Below the pieces are notes generated by a model, which worked only from the letters and a program-made list of their open reading frames with translations, was not told where the DNA came from and searched no databases. The position numbers and the translations under genes are program-made. Shown here one piece after another: positions 1 through 13,938 of a stretch of 64,000 bases of DNA (its first letter is position 1; each line of letters begins with the position of its first letter). Where the stretch lies: contig OX597831.1 in the NCBI GenBank assembly GCA_951406725.2, positions 1,116,001 through 1,180,000 of the forward strand, written 5' to 3'. This stretch comes from Octopus vulgaris. Its lineage: Eukaryota.

Positions 1-153
1 TATTTCTTTACTACCCACAAGGGGCTAAACACAGAGGGGACAAACAAGGACAGACAAACGGATTAAGTCGATTATATCGACCCCAGTGCGTAACTGGTAC
101 TTATTTAATCGACCCCAAAAGGATGAAAGGCAAAGTCGACCTCGGCGGAATTT
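1..153 (-). mobile_element. tRNA-derived SINE, family A (3' part, truncated by window edge)
   Basis: Contains GACCCC(A/G)AAAGGATGAAAGGCAAAGTCGACCTCGGCGGAATTT, nearly identical to the fuller copy at 25553-25780. Confidence 0.85.
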
Positions 154-435
154 AACAGAAAAGATGAATATACTAGCTGTGGTGCTTCACAACAAACCCT
201 GACAAACGATGTCTCAAAGGATTAGATAGTCAAAGGTAGCAGACTTTTGGTCATAAATCTAGATCTGCATGATAAGGTCTGACTTGGAGTTAAACAACAA
301 TTTTACCCCTAAGCGTTTTCAACAAGTGATAGTAAGGAAATAAATCATAGTTCCTTCTCTCACTCTCAGACCAGACTTTTTTCCTTTCCTTCTTTTTTGT
401 TTTGTCACAATTTATACTTCCCTACAACAGTAAAA

Positions 436-467
<32 letters not shown>

Positions 468-1339
468 AAGTGATGACTGTTTCTGGCTTCATTTTCAGAG
501 TAACTGATCATGTGATCACAACCAACATATCAACATACTTTATCTGTAGAGCTTCAACATGGCAGCCAAACATGCAACATGTCTAGCACCAAATTCAATA
601 ATGCCCATTGAAAATTAATATTTCCTTAAAAGACAAAAAAAAAAAAAGAAAGAAAAAAATGCAGTTTTACACAAATGGTTGGTGAATGGCGAGTTTTTTT
701 TTTCTATGCTTCATCTTGTTTCCATTTTGTTGTTCTTGTTAAAAGACATAATCAAAAGAAATTGAGTAGATTCCATGAAAAACTCAATAGAAATATTTAA
801 TTAAACATATTCATAAAGACCTGAATAGAAATAATGGTGAATAGCTGAAATAGAAGAAGGGGTGTATGTACATGAGGGTGTTGTGGAACACTGACCTAGG
901 TGTAGAGTTGGGGTAGGAGTCACTTTGGGTAATGGTGCTGACATAAAAGACTGTAACAGAAATATCTGAGGTGGAAATATTCCAGCAATATTTTATGGTG
1001 ATTTCTTTGAGTGTTGACTACAAGGTAAATTTATATATATATATACACACATATATATATACATATTTATTTATTGTCATCATCATAATCATTTTAATAT
1101 CTGCTTCTCCATGCTTGCATGGGTTGGATGAAATTTGCTGAGGCAAATTCTCTATGAATGTATATCCAAGTAAGCTATTTCCCCATGATCAGATATGTTT
1201 TCACAGAAGATTGGAAATGAAGGACACTGCTTGCATGACAGTGACACTCATTTACAACTATGTCGTGATTTCAAGGCAAGGAGACAGTAACACACATATA
1301 CACATAGATACACACAACATACATACATACATACATACA

Positions 1340-1411
1340 AATAGATAGAAAGAGAGGTAGGTAGATAGACGGATGGATAGATAGACAGATAGATAGATAG
1401 AAAGACAGATG

Positions 1412-1485
<74 letters not shown>

Positions 1486-1500
1486 CGGATGGATAAATAG
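1340..1500 (+). repeat. (GATA)n tetranucleotide microsatellite
   Basis: Direct read; explains the SIYL-repeat ORFs. Confidence 0.95.
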
Positions 1501-1604
1501 ATTAACCCCAAGTGGAGCCTCCTCCAGTTGGTTATCAATGCAATCTGCACCCGATATATCTTGCAAACAGGGTGTGAAACCCTACCATCTAACAGATGAT
1601 GGGA

Positions 1605-1653
1605 TCACCACACCGTACGGTTTTGGGCTATTTGTGCCCATCATCCGTGGTGA
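1605..1653 (-). ncRNA. Degenerate minimal type I hammerhead ribozyme motif (Penelope-like type)
   Basis: Minus strand: CACCA-CGGATGA-T-GGGC acaaata GCCC-AAAA-CCGTACGG-TG-TGGTG. Stems I and II are present and stem III is the perfect palindrome ACCGTACGGT. The core deviates at U4, G12 and H17. Confidence 0.6.
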
Positions 1654-1664
1654 ACACCCGTCTG

Positions 1665-1704
<40 letters not shown>

Positions 1705-2169
1705 GGTTTCTTTCAGTTTCCATCAACCAAATTCACTTATGATGCTTGGTTGGCCTGAAGGTATAGTTGGAGACACTTGCCCAATGTGCCATACAGTGGG
1801 ATGGAACTCAGGTCAATGTGGTTGGTATGCAAACTTCCTACAACCGTCACATTTGTGCCAATACAAACACACAAACGCACCTTGTATATCAAAAATTTTT
1901 ATAATGCAAGAAGATGGAATGAATAGCCTTTAATCCAAATCATAATTGTTTCTGTACATTAGCAACAGCCGTTAGTTGCTGAATGTTTCACATATTAAAC
2001 ATATTACATAAATATTATATAAAAATGATCCAGAAATAGCTTCAAAAATAAACCAATAAAGGCATGTTAGATAATGTAAGCCTTGATAAAACTCTGAAAA
2101 AAGATGGGATGGTCACAGATGGAAAATCTTCAATTGTAGATCAACTGGAGTTAACAAATCAACAAGTGA

Positions 2170-2430
2170 ACCTCTACATGGACATTCAACCTGTTAGAAA
2201 CAGCAGTTAAATCTCACTAAAGATCACACCCTGTTGTTTCTCAAAAGGAGAGAGAAAATGAGGAAATAAAGAGAGACATTGCATGAAGTAGTCCTAGATA
2301 CATTATGTCTGAACAGAGGAAAAAAAAAATGGGATGGTCACAGCTGGTAAGTATTTGATTGAAGGTGTGCTCAATCAAAGCTGAGCTGGAGCAAACAACA
2401 ACAACAACAACAACAACAACAATAACAACA
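2170..2430 (+). repeat. Old dispersed repeat family D ending in (AAC)n (representative copy)
   Basis: Motif series ..CCTGCTAGAAATAGCAG..AAATC..TCACACC..TAATGTAGTCCTAGATA..GATGGGATGGTCACAGCTGGAATG..AAACAACAAC recurs near 225, 2030, 9875(-), 11025, 22740, 24455, 25880(-), 36155, 50930, 52690, 52890, 57990(-), 58200, 60140 and 63870. Confidence 0.75.
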
Positions 2431-2837
2431 AGTCTTCTCCACTGGACAGTCAATACTTAGTGTAGTTAATGAAAATCTACTGAAGCTGGTTGAAATCAGT
2501 TTTCAACTTGTGTATGTGTTCAGTGAAAAGAGACCTTCAATCAATAAATTTGCCATAGCAGTGAGAATGGTGGGGGGTAGGGGAGACTGTGAACGTGGTG
2601 TATGTGTGTTTCTGTGTCAATATATGCTGTGCATGTGTGCGTGTTTACGAGTGTGTGAGTGTGAGGTGTAAGCTGCAAATGGTGTTTCTTTTTTGTGTAA
2701 AGGTGTGAAGGGAATAAATATAAGACTTAATTCATGAGAGTGTTATTCTCTTGTTCCTTCTTTTGCCTCTCTCTCTCTTTCTCTCTTCCTATGATATACA
2801 TACACACACACATACATACATACATCCATCCATCCAT

Positions 2838-3270
<433 letters not shown>

Positions 3271-3606
3271 GTGTCATGTATTCACTCACAAAAAGGCTCA
3301 TGTTTATGTGTGTGTGTGTGTGTATACACATAATAATTTGATAAAATACATTTACGCATAAATCTACACATGTGCATATATAAAATGCAAAGTATGAGCA
3401 CACAGTTTCCTATTACTACACATTAACAAATACTGAAGAAACAGCATATGCAACATGTGCATGCATACGCATACATCCATAAACACATATGTATACACGC
3501 ATAAACAGTAACATGAAGAAAGTATGTAAACACTCTGTATTCAAAACACCAATAAAAGTCACCATGAAAAATAGATCAACATGGACTCATACACATATGC
3601 ATACAT

Positions 3607-3643
<37 letters not shown>

Positions 3644-4092
3644 ACACATACACATATGTATCAGCAGCATGCATTATCTCAAGTAAACACATACATACAA
3701 ATAAGGTATATATACATCTAATATTTTCAGATCTGGACCAGTTAAGCAAATGTGTGAAATGGCCTTGAAAACATTTTATTATACACAGCAGCAGAAAATA
3801 GCAGTTCTTGGACTAGGTTGGGGGGGAAACTACAGAAATATTGAAGAAATACACGCATGCACAAACCATACACACATATGGATGTATAGGTGTAAATATA
3901 TATGATACAGACATAACTGTGATTAAAAAGCTTGCTTTCCAAGCATATAGTCTCAGGTTCAGTCCAACCACACAGCACCTTGGGAAAGTGTCTTCTACTA
4001 AAGTCCTAAGTCAGCTAAAATCTTGAGACAGAAACTGAAAGAAGCCCTGTAATATATATGTATATATATGCACGTGTGTGTGTGTGCGTGTG

Positions 4093-4138
<46 letters not shown>

Positions 4139-4470
4139 CATTATGCAGTGGTTGTAAAGTGTTGTTGTTTTTTTCCAGTCTTCCATGAAAAGCATGTCTG
4201 ATCATGGGGAAATATTACTTTGCTTTGAAATGGGTAATCGTTGGCAACAAGAAGGACATTCAGCTGTAGAAAATCTGTCTCAACAAATTCCATCTGACCC
4301 ATGTAAGCATGGGAAAAGTGGACATTAAACGATGATGACGATGATGATATACATTTGAGTTAGTTAAAATATATTTGTGACACATTTACTGTGACTAATT
4401 TACTGCAGTTACCATGGAGATAGAATTATTTCTTGTGGTAAAAGATATAAAAACAACATTTCCTGCATAC

Positions 4471-4627
4471 GCTTCTCCCTACTGCATTCCCAGAAGGCCA
4501 TTTCTGGCTTCCTCAATGGGAAACATTGAAGAGAGATAACCCTGGGCAGACATCTCTCTTTGGTATTTCCCACTGAGAAAGGCTAAAGATCCAGAAACAG
4601 CCCTCTGGGAATCTGGTTGGGGGAAGC
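4471..4627. repeat. Imperfect palindrome with a decayed hammerhead motif in each arm
   Basis: Left arm GCTTCTCCCTACTGCATTCCCAGAAGGCCATTTCTGG matches the reverse complement of the right arm, GCTTCCCCCAACCAGATTCCCAGAGGGCTGTTTCTGG. The plus arm reads TTCCCA-CTGAGAA-..-GAAA-CAGCCC-TC-TGGGAA. Confidence 0.75.
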
Positions 4628-5253
4628 ACTGGGCAAAGAATTTCTTTTCCACAGTAACTGCAGTAAATTTGCCTTTACAAATTAAAAAGCATCACAAACA
4701 TATTTTAACTACCCTAAAGTTCATTCATTTCCAGTCGCTGCTTGGTGCTGGTGCTGTCATATATATTTTGGCACACACTCACAATCTGGAGCAAGCGTCA
4801 CATTATGTCCTTGAGCAAGATACTTCATTTCACATTACTTCAACTGTTATCTACTCAGCTGAAATGAGTACCAGCTAAATGCTGGTGCAGCCCTCTCTTC
4901 TTTCAGTTGATACATACATAATGGATGTTTGCTGGGTCAAAGACAGAACTTTTTCATTTACTCTGAATTATAGTCATGCAATATCTCTTCATAAAAACTG
5001 TCACTTACAGTAGAGCCTCTGTCCTGATAATGATCTAGTACTGATCTTTGCAAGTACCCACCAACAAACTGTCAACATCACTTGTCCTGCTATTGGTTGA
5101 GTTTTGAAGTTTTCCTGATAGGCAACTAAATATTTCCATTCCATATTCTGGAATGTTTACTCTCTGGCTCTAAGTGATGTAACTATTTCACTACCAATAG
5201 TGAGTTTTTTTTTCTTTTTGATTCATTTTGCAAGGTGTCACCCTTACTATTAA

Positions 5254-5464
5254 CCCTTTCATTACTGTATTTATTTTGAGATGCTCTGTATTTCTTTCAA
5301 TTACTTTAAATATAACAAAGAATTTAGTAAAATTATTTGGTTATCATTAAGCTAGTGTTATGAACATAAATTGTGATTAAGGTTTGGTGGAAGATTTTAA
5401 TTCAAAACTTATGAAAACAAGACATTTGTGCTACAGAGCCAGAGCCGGTTTGGTAACGAAAGGG
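5254..5464. mobile_element. piggyBac-type MITE
   Basis: TTAA|CCCTTTCATTAC ... GTAACGAAAGGG|TTAA: short TIRs starting CCC, flanked by TTAA. Confidence 0.85.
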
Positions 5465-5747
5465 TTAAACATGCCAAGCAGAAAGTCAGCAGATATCAAA
5501 CTATTTTGTTCAATTCTACAAACTTCTTTGGGACTCGTTTGCAATAAATATGTTAAATCCATTTGTCATGGATAATTTCATGACTAATCTGCATGTTATT
5601 TACCACTTTATCAAAGCCACTTTTCTGTTCAGTAGAACTATGTCACACACTGACACAATGTCATATCATCAGCACAGGTCATGTTTGGACATCTGACTCC
5701 TTGTGTGACACTTCTGTGACCATTTAAAAAAATTTCAATCTATTTAA

Positions 5748-5960
5748 CCCTTCAGTATTCAGATTACTCTATCAAATGTAATGCTTACTTATACACATTG
5801 TTTTGGATTAACCATGCATTGTCTAGGATTTTGATGATGTGATTGCTTATTTCAAAAATGATATTGTAGGGTAGGTGTGAGAGGTTGTATATGGCCAGTG
5901 TTAACATAAAACATGTAGAATATTTGAGCAGGATAGGGCCAGTTTGAATGCTAAAAGGAG
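5748..5960 (+). mobile_element. piggyBac-type MITE, second family (decayed copy)
   Basis: TTAA|CCCTTCAGTATTCAGATTA.. homologous to 22847-23067 and 25244-25459. Confidence 0.75.
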
Positions 5961-6349
5961 TAAAGACAGTCTATTGTAGCAAAACACTGTCCCCATATTG
6001 TACTGAAAACCTTTGATTGATTTTAGCATTTGATATGTCTTCAGCCCATTGAAAGCAGATCACAGAACTGCTGTTTTTTTTTATTTCCTTTCTTTTTTTT
6101 TGAGCAAACAGAAAGTGGCTTGGGTAAATGTAATAACGATGATGACTCAATTGTCATTTTAAGTTGAAAGCTGCACTGTTGTGACTAAATGAATGCAATG
6201 TTGAGTGATGTATGTGCAACTAATTTTCCCAGAAACAAGGAAAAAAATTACAAGTGCATTGCAGATCATTAATGACTCATGCTCCTGTATATGTGCATAT
6301 TTATATGCATATAACACACACACACATTAATTGCTGTTATTATCTCTAC

Positions 6350-6790
6350 AAGGTGGCAAGCTGTCAGAGTAGTTAGAGCATTGCAAAAACCGCTTTGTAG
6401 CATTTTTCCAACTCTGCATTCTGAGTTCAAATTCTGCCATAGCTAGATTTATCCTTCATCCTATCAAGGTTGATATGTAATTTGGGGCCACTGTAATTGA
6501 CTTGCCCCCACCCTTCAAAATTCCTGACCTTGTGTCAAAATTAGAAAGGATAATTATTATTATTTTCTTTACTTTATAAGGGCAGTAGATAGTCAGAATC
6601 GTTGAACATCAGGGAAAATACTTTGCAGTATCTGTTCCAGCCCTCTTTATAAGTTCACAGCTCATCAAAGTCAACTTTGTTTTTCATCGTTACAAAGTTG
6701 ATAAAATAAAGCACCAATAAAATAACAGGGTCAATGATATGAACTAACCCCACCCCTCAAAATTACTGACCTTGTGCTTAAATTAGAAAC
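6350..6790 (+). mobile_element. Two tandem decayed family A SINEs
   Basis: GAGTTCAAATTC B-box-like motif and the TTCATCC..GGTTGATA / GACCTTGTG..AAATTAGAAA tail, each seen twice. Confidence 0.65.
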
Positions 6791-7788
6791 TTTATGTTTA
6801 GAATTTTTTTTTTATATCTGTTACCACAAAGATATACTTCTAAGAATCTAATTCCATGATGACCACTTGAAAGATGTCACAACTTTGATGGTCAATTTTT
6901 AGCTAGATTCATACAAGACCACTTGTTTTGAAACATTAGTTCATTCCACAATTTTGTATCTTGGTGCAGGCATGACTGTGTGGTTAAGAAATTTGCCTTA
7001 AAAAAAAAAACATGGTTTTCAGTTCAGTCCCACTCTATTCAGCACCTTAGACAAACATTTTCTATTTTAGCTCAGGGTTGACTTATGATTTGTGAGTGAA
7101 TTTAGTAAATAGAAATTCTGTGGAAACTCCCTCCCTCTATATGCATATATGTACGTGTGTTTATCTTTCATTGCTTGACAACAAGTCTTGGGTTGTTTAT
7201 GTCCCCACAATCTAGCAGTTTGCTAAAAAGGGAACAATAAAATATGTACTGGGGTCAATTTAGCTGACTAAAAACTTCATTGTGGTACCCCAATATGGTC
7301 AAATAAAAGAATAAACAAACCTCACGTTTACTGAACATTTTAAAGGCCAGAGAGAAATTTGTTCTTGTGACCCACTTGAAGAAGTGATGTTAGCACAAAA
7401 ATAAAATTTTGGAGCAGGTGAGAATTATAAAGTGAGGTAATACAAATCATATTTTCTTTTTGTTTCATTTTTACACTCAAGACAAAAGTTTGAGCCCCAA
7501 ATTATTTATATCATTTAAATTATTGGTGTGGTGTTACTTAATTTTTATATATATTTATATATGTGTGTGGGTGTTCATATATGAATGTGTAAATACATTA
7601 TATATATATAACTATATATATTATATATATATAACTATGTTACTGTATGAAAAAATTTTATAACATTCTTCCAACACAATGACTCAAATATATTCTGTAA
7701 CCTTATAAAACAAGCCTTCTGTAGTTTTTTCACTCTTTACTATTTTCTATATTTCCAACCACGTGCTTTCACACACCAACTTTCTTAC

Positions 7789-7836
<48 letters not shown>

Positions 7837-8098
7837 TATACACACACACACACACACTCTTTTATTATTTTACTTGCTTCAGTCATTTGATTGTGGCCAT
7901 GCTGGAGCACCACCTTTAGTTGAACAAATTCACACCAGGACTTATTCTTTGTAAGCCAAGTACTTATTCTATCAGTCTCCTTTGCTGTATCTCTAAGTTA
8001 TGGGAACATAAACAAACCAACATCGGTTGTTGAGCAATGGTGGTGGGACAAATACAGAAACATAAATATATACATATAGTTATATACATATATACATA

Positions 8099-8147
<49 letters not shown>

Positions 8148-8314
8148 AGAGAGAGAGAAAGAAGTGCTGTATAAACATCAAATAACTAAATCCATAGTAA
8201 TTAAGAACTCAATAACAGGTGGTTAAATTCCAACATGTTACATTGCAGCAAATCCAAACAGAATCAAATTTGCATGCATGTACATAATTGGCTAAAGCAA
8301 TCTCTAAGTGTAAC

Positions 8315-8705
8315 ATATTTAGCAGGAAAGCAGAACAGAATAAAGTTCACATATAGTTCATACTTGATGATCAACAGCTGTTTCATTAAGGTACATGCCA
8401 TTAAATGTATAAGTACATAATTGTGATACATAATTAATTAATTTAAATTAAACTGATTTAAAAATTGTAATTACTTATCCAAATCATCTGGAATATTATG
8501 TGTATTGTAACTGTAATGGCTTTCTGATTAACATAGCATTCCTGATAATTAAGGTAAGTAAACACAACCTTCAAATTAATTTAATTTAAATTAATTATGC
8601 ATCAAAATTATGCAATTATATATTCAATGACATTTATCCTAATGAAAGAGCCGTTGAACACAAAGTATGAACTATATGTGAAATTTATGCTTTTCTGCTA
8701 ATATT
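8315..8705. repeat. Long AT-rich imperfect palindrome (arms about 8315-8501 and 8530-8705)
   Basis: TTCACATATAGTTCATACTT pairs with AAGTATGAACTATATGTGAA, and the alignment continues with transitions to the centre. Confidence 0.8.
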
Positions 8706-8713
8706 CCTCACTC

Positions 8714-8838
<125 letters not shown>

Positions 8839-8919
8839 GAGGGAATATTATTCCAAACTTACAGGGAAAAATTCAATTTAGAAATACTAAATCAAATTTC
8901 ACAAAATATAATATATATA

Positions 8920-9055
8920 ACGGGAAGCTTTATGAAAATAAACAAAAGACGAAGGCAGGTGGAATACAAACAAACAATTGTATTAGTATGGCGCTCAGGA
9001 ATATAAATAAAACAAGTCTTTTACGTTTCGAGCCTACGCTCTTCAACAGAAAGAT

Positions 9056-9056
<1 letters not shown>
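8920..9056 (-). mobile_element. Penelope-like terminal fragment with a minimal HHR motif, embedded in (TA)n/(CA)n
   Basis: Minus strand: TTGAAGA-GCGTAGGCTC-GAAA-CG-TA-AAAGAC (palindromic stem III ACGT). A homologous, more decayed copy lies at 41010-41130. Confidence 0.6.
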
Positions 9057-9113
<57 letters not shown>

Positions 9114-9132
9114 TAGAAAAAGAACCACCTTT

Positions 9133-9185
<53 letters not shown>

Positions 9186-10001
9186 AATATGTTTTAAAGG
9201 TAGTCCTGTTAATAAATCAGATTAGTTAAATGTACAATAGAAACCTCTTTTATTTTGTTAGATTATCATATTAGAATGGAAACAACATTATGTCCACAAA
9301 ATGATTTGGAATGAATGAGTGAGGATGTGATACAGAAGGTAGGGAGAGAGTATGTGAGTGAGTAACTGAGTGAGAGAGAGAAAGAGAGAGAGAGAGAAGG
9401 TGGGGGTGGGAGGGAAGAGAATTGACATCAACTCCACAAAGAGTTCAGTAAATAACGATTGTGTGGAACAGCATGAGACAAAATCTACCCACACAGAAAA
9501 AAGTACTAGAATGGAGGAGCTAATAACACAATTTCAACATAGTTACCATAACAATATTAAACCATCAGATATTATAAAAGATAGTGCAATTTCATACACA
9601 CAAAAATGTAAATAATAATAATAATAATAAAAATGGCTTCAAATACATTTTTGTTTTAGAAAAAAGAAAAAAATGACAATCTCACCTAGAAGCATTTATT
9701 ATACTGGATACATTCAATATTTATGATATCGTATTGATGTGATTCAATGAGATACGGGTTAATAAATAATTGTTTAGTGTCGTTGTTGAGATTTTTCTCA
9801 TATTTTTAACATAAAAGTTAATATAGGTTCAAATGTAGGATGTAGTGAGTTACTGATAGAGTAGAGACTGTTGTTGGTCAGCTTGAGGCTAGCTTTGACT
9901 GAGCAGACTTATACCATGACCTGAATGTTGCTCTTCCTCTTTTAAGAGTGTGATTCCAAAGAGATTAAATTGCTATTTCTAGTAGGTCTAGTGACTGCAT
10001 A

Positions 10002-10390
10002 GTGGAGGCGCAATGGCCCAGTGGTTAGGGCAGCGGACTCGCGGTCGGAGGATCGCAGTTTCGATTCCCAGACCGGGCGTTGTGAGTGTTTATTGAGCGA
10101 AAACACCTAAAAGCTCCACGAGGCTCCGGTAGGGGATGGTGGTGATCCCTGCTGTACTCTTTCACCACAACTTTCTCTCACTCTTACTTCCTGTTTCTGT
10201 TGTACCTGTATTTCAAGGGGCCGGCCTTGTCACTCTCTGTGTCACGCTGAATATCCCCGAGAACGACGTTAAGGGTGCACATGTCTGTGGAGTGCTCAGC
10301 CACTTACACGCTAATTTCACGAGCAAGCTGTTCCGTTGATTCGGATCAACCGGAACCCTCATCGTCGTAACCGACGGAGTGCTTCCATCC
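10002..10390 (+). mobile_element. Young full-length tRNA-derived SINE (head 1 + tail X) with 12-bp TSD
   Basis: A-box TGGCCCAGTGG and B-box GTTTCGATTCC. TSD AGTGACTGCATA at 9990-10001 and 10391-10402. CpG-rich. Confidence 0.95.
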
Positions 10391-10439
10391 AGTGACTGCA
10401 TAAGAGCTCTTTTGCTGGGTTGATAGAGTATAGGTAAGT

Positions 10440-10775
10440 AATGGTATGGGCATGTTTTGGTAATAGATGGAAGATACAATAGTGAGAGAGGTCATGATGA
10501 TTATAGTGGATGGTTGCTAGATTAGGAGTAAGTGACAGTTATATGGACAAAATATATGATGGTGATATGGTGGTAGATAACAACTAGAGGAAAGTCATAG
10601 TGGTAGTCATGGTATGGGCATGTTGTATTGAATGGTAGCTAGAGAAGATGTAGATTCTGGTGGTATGGACACATGATGGTAGCTACAGCAGAGGTGATGG
10701 CTGTATGGCCATGTGATGATAGTGGATGGTAGCTAGAGTAGAGGTGGTAGGGGTATGAACATGTGATAGCAATGG
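10440..10775 (+). repeat. Degenerate G/T-rich minisatellite
   Basis: Recurrent GGTATGG(G/A)CA and GATGGTAGCTAGAG motifs with variable spacing. Confidence 0.55.
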
Positions 10776-13700
10776 TTGCAAATTTGTGTTGTGTGTTCAG
10801 AGAGATTGTCTCACACACAAAATATTAGTTACTCAATCATCATTATTTTGAACAAGAACATTATTATATTAATGACAGGATTAACAATAATAACAAGAAC
10901 AATAACAACCATCTGTCAGAAGATAATAGCTAAACAAAACAATATTAAGAGGTTAAACATTAAACAGATTTTGTCCTCCCCACCCCATTTATTCTACTGA
11001 TCTGCACAAACCAACACAAGAAGATTATGTGGTTGCCCGACTTGCTAGAAAGAGTAGTCAATCTAACTCATTCCTTATCATCTTTAACCCATTAGCATTC
11101 AGATTATTCTGTCAAATGTAATGTTTATTCATTCACACTGATTTGAATTAATTTTGTATTATCTCGTAGCTTTGAGATTTCAATGATGTGATTGTTTGTT
11201 TTGGAATGACATTGTTAGGTAGGTGTGAGAGGCCAGATGTTAAAAGGTTAAAAAAATCAAAAGATGTGTTAAGTAATGTAGTCCTCAATACAATGTCTGA
11301 CAATATGATGGGGTGGACACAGCTAGACTGGCTTTGATCTTAGGTCTGTTCAGTCAAGGTTGAGCTAAGACAGAATAATAACCACTACTGATCTGTCTCC
11401 TCTCAAAAGAAGATAAGGTAGTCTAGGTAAAGGGAAGCAGGAAACTGGTGAAATATATTATATTGTAACATCATGTAGTCCAGTGTGTTTCATCAGGTAC
11501 TGCAGCGACAACTAAACCTTGTACTACTCTCTACACAAAGTGTATTCTATTGTGTAGTTACATTATTCTATACATGATGCTAAGTGTATCAGTAATTAAT
11601 GTGTGTGTGTGTCCTCTATCTAACAAAGCCATAACAATATAAAAAAAAGAAAAGAAATTAAGTAAATAAAAATAAAACTAAGAAAAGAAAAGGAACATAA
11701 AAATCTAAATTCATTCTTTATAGGAATTGTTTTATACTATATTCTCTTTACTTCAAAATATAATTATAAAATATTTTATTTTTTCTGTATTGATTTTTTA
11801 AAAATACTTTAATTTCTTTTGTAAATTTAGCATTTATCCTTCATAATCATAAACAGCTTGTTTTGGAAATTTCATTTCTTCATCAGTATGATATGTTCCT
11901 GAAGATTAAGTACATAAAAGTACTTAGAGTTTATGAAAGTAGATAAAAGTAGATGCTTATAAAAGTAGATAAATATTTGAAAAGATTGATGAATTTCTGT
12001 CTTGTCTTTTTCAGCATGTCGACAAAAAAAGAAAAAAATAACGAATAGGTTTGAAAACATTAAAAATATATTTGTAAAAACTTATAAGATTGTTGGTTCA
12101 TTTGAAATCAGATAGTTAGATTTACTTATGGATTTCAAATTGTTTTTATAAATCAGTACAATGCATATTTTCTATGGCAAGTTCTTTCCACTACCAATGT
12201 AACTTGTCTTCTCACTGATATAATGTTGAGGGGAAAATAGGGGAAGACAAGGAAATATTTTAATACAAACCATAATTGTGTAAGAGAGAGGACCAATACA
12301 ATACCTGTGGCTCTCCCATATGTCTCTCTATGTTGAGTCCTTGTGACTACTGTCAGCCAAGAACCTACAATCATGCCCATCACCATGGAAAATGAAAGAC
12401 ATTATTTCTTAAACTGGTCAAGATTTTCTACATAAAGTAAACATATTTTTTATTGTCTATTTTGTATTCTTGTATTTTGCAAAGAAAAGAAAGAATGTTG
12501 CCTGCAAGACTCCTTTTCCATCAGAAAAAAACAGGAAATTAGTTTGCAACACGCAGAAAAATTCTAGCCAAACTAAGTCTCTCATTTTGCACTTTGGCCA
12601 GGAATGTAGGTTTTCAGTAAACAATAGTCACAGAGATTCAACATGGAGAGTCACAGGCACCACACAAGTTTCTTGTCCCTCTCCTACTACAGATGTAGCA
12701 TAAATTAAAATATTTTCAGGCTGCATGGTGACCTCTTGTATGTGCTGTAAGGTGATTGGTGTTAGGAGGAGCATCCAGCCATAGAAACCATGCCAAAGTA
12801 GACAATGGCACATGTTGCAGTCCTTGGATTCATCAGACCAATTGGATCTTGTCATACTGTCCAACCTATGCCAGCATAAAACATGGGCATTAAATGATAA
12901 TGAATGGTGATGATTCCCCCAGAAAACCAATTTCAGCAGGAAATATAAATAACAATCTGCAACCAATATTGATGTTAGAGAATGTGGATTGTAAATGAGG
13001 TTAGCAGAGAAATGGAGGTGGTGGGGCAATGGTAGAGGAATATTAATACAATTTAATAATTTTTAATATAGACACAGGACCTTAACTTTGGGAGGGGCAA
13101 GTGAGCAAGAATATAATTAATTAATATTGGTTTCAAATTTTGGCACAAGGCTAGCAATTTTGGGGGAGGGAGTAAGTTGATTACATTGATCCCAGTGTTT
13201 AACTGGTATTTAATATATCAAACCTGAAAGGATGAAAGGCAAAGTGGACCTTGCCAGAATTTGAACCCAGAACATAAGGATGAATGAAATGCTTGCTGCT
13301 ATGCAATTTCCTAAATGTGCTAACAATTCTGCCAAGCTTGCTGCTTTTATATAGTAAATTAATATTAATTCTTAATGTTTGATTGGTAATTTATTTCCCG
13401 TTTCTCTAAAGCAACCAAAGCAGAGTTTGAACTCAGTACGTAAAGAGTTACACCTAAATATTACAAATCGTTTTGTCTAAACACTCTACTGAGTCCACCA
13501 ATCCACTAATGAATGGAAACTCTTGGAATAAAGCACAGGCTGTTGTTTTTGTTTGTTTGTTTGTTTGTTTTGGAGGGAGGGTTTTCTTTTTTCTTAATTC
13601 CTCTGAAATACTAGATGAGATTTATATGTCACTGATTCATAAACCATTAGGACAGCAGAAGTCTCTTTATCAGGAGAGTCCATTAGAGTATGTAAATTCA

Positions 13701-13901
13701 GTTATTTAATTACAAAACAAAATTATAGTTTTAATTTATTACATGCAACAGCTTGTTTTAAGTTTTGTACATTTTGCTTTATTTTTTAAATTTTTTATTT
13801 TTTTCCCCTTTTTTTTTCTTCTTGGTTTTTAATTTAGTCTACCTTCGTTGATATAGCAGTGGAGTTAATGAGATGTTCTGTTTATTATTTTACATTTGTT
13901 C

Positions 13902-13938
<37 letters not shown>

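Noticed and set aside
10002-10080. tRNA-like sequence with A and B boxes (also 18530-18606 and 56868-56945)
   Set aside because: SINE heads: no proper acceptor stem, and they are followed by a SINE body (with TSDs in two copies).
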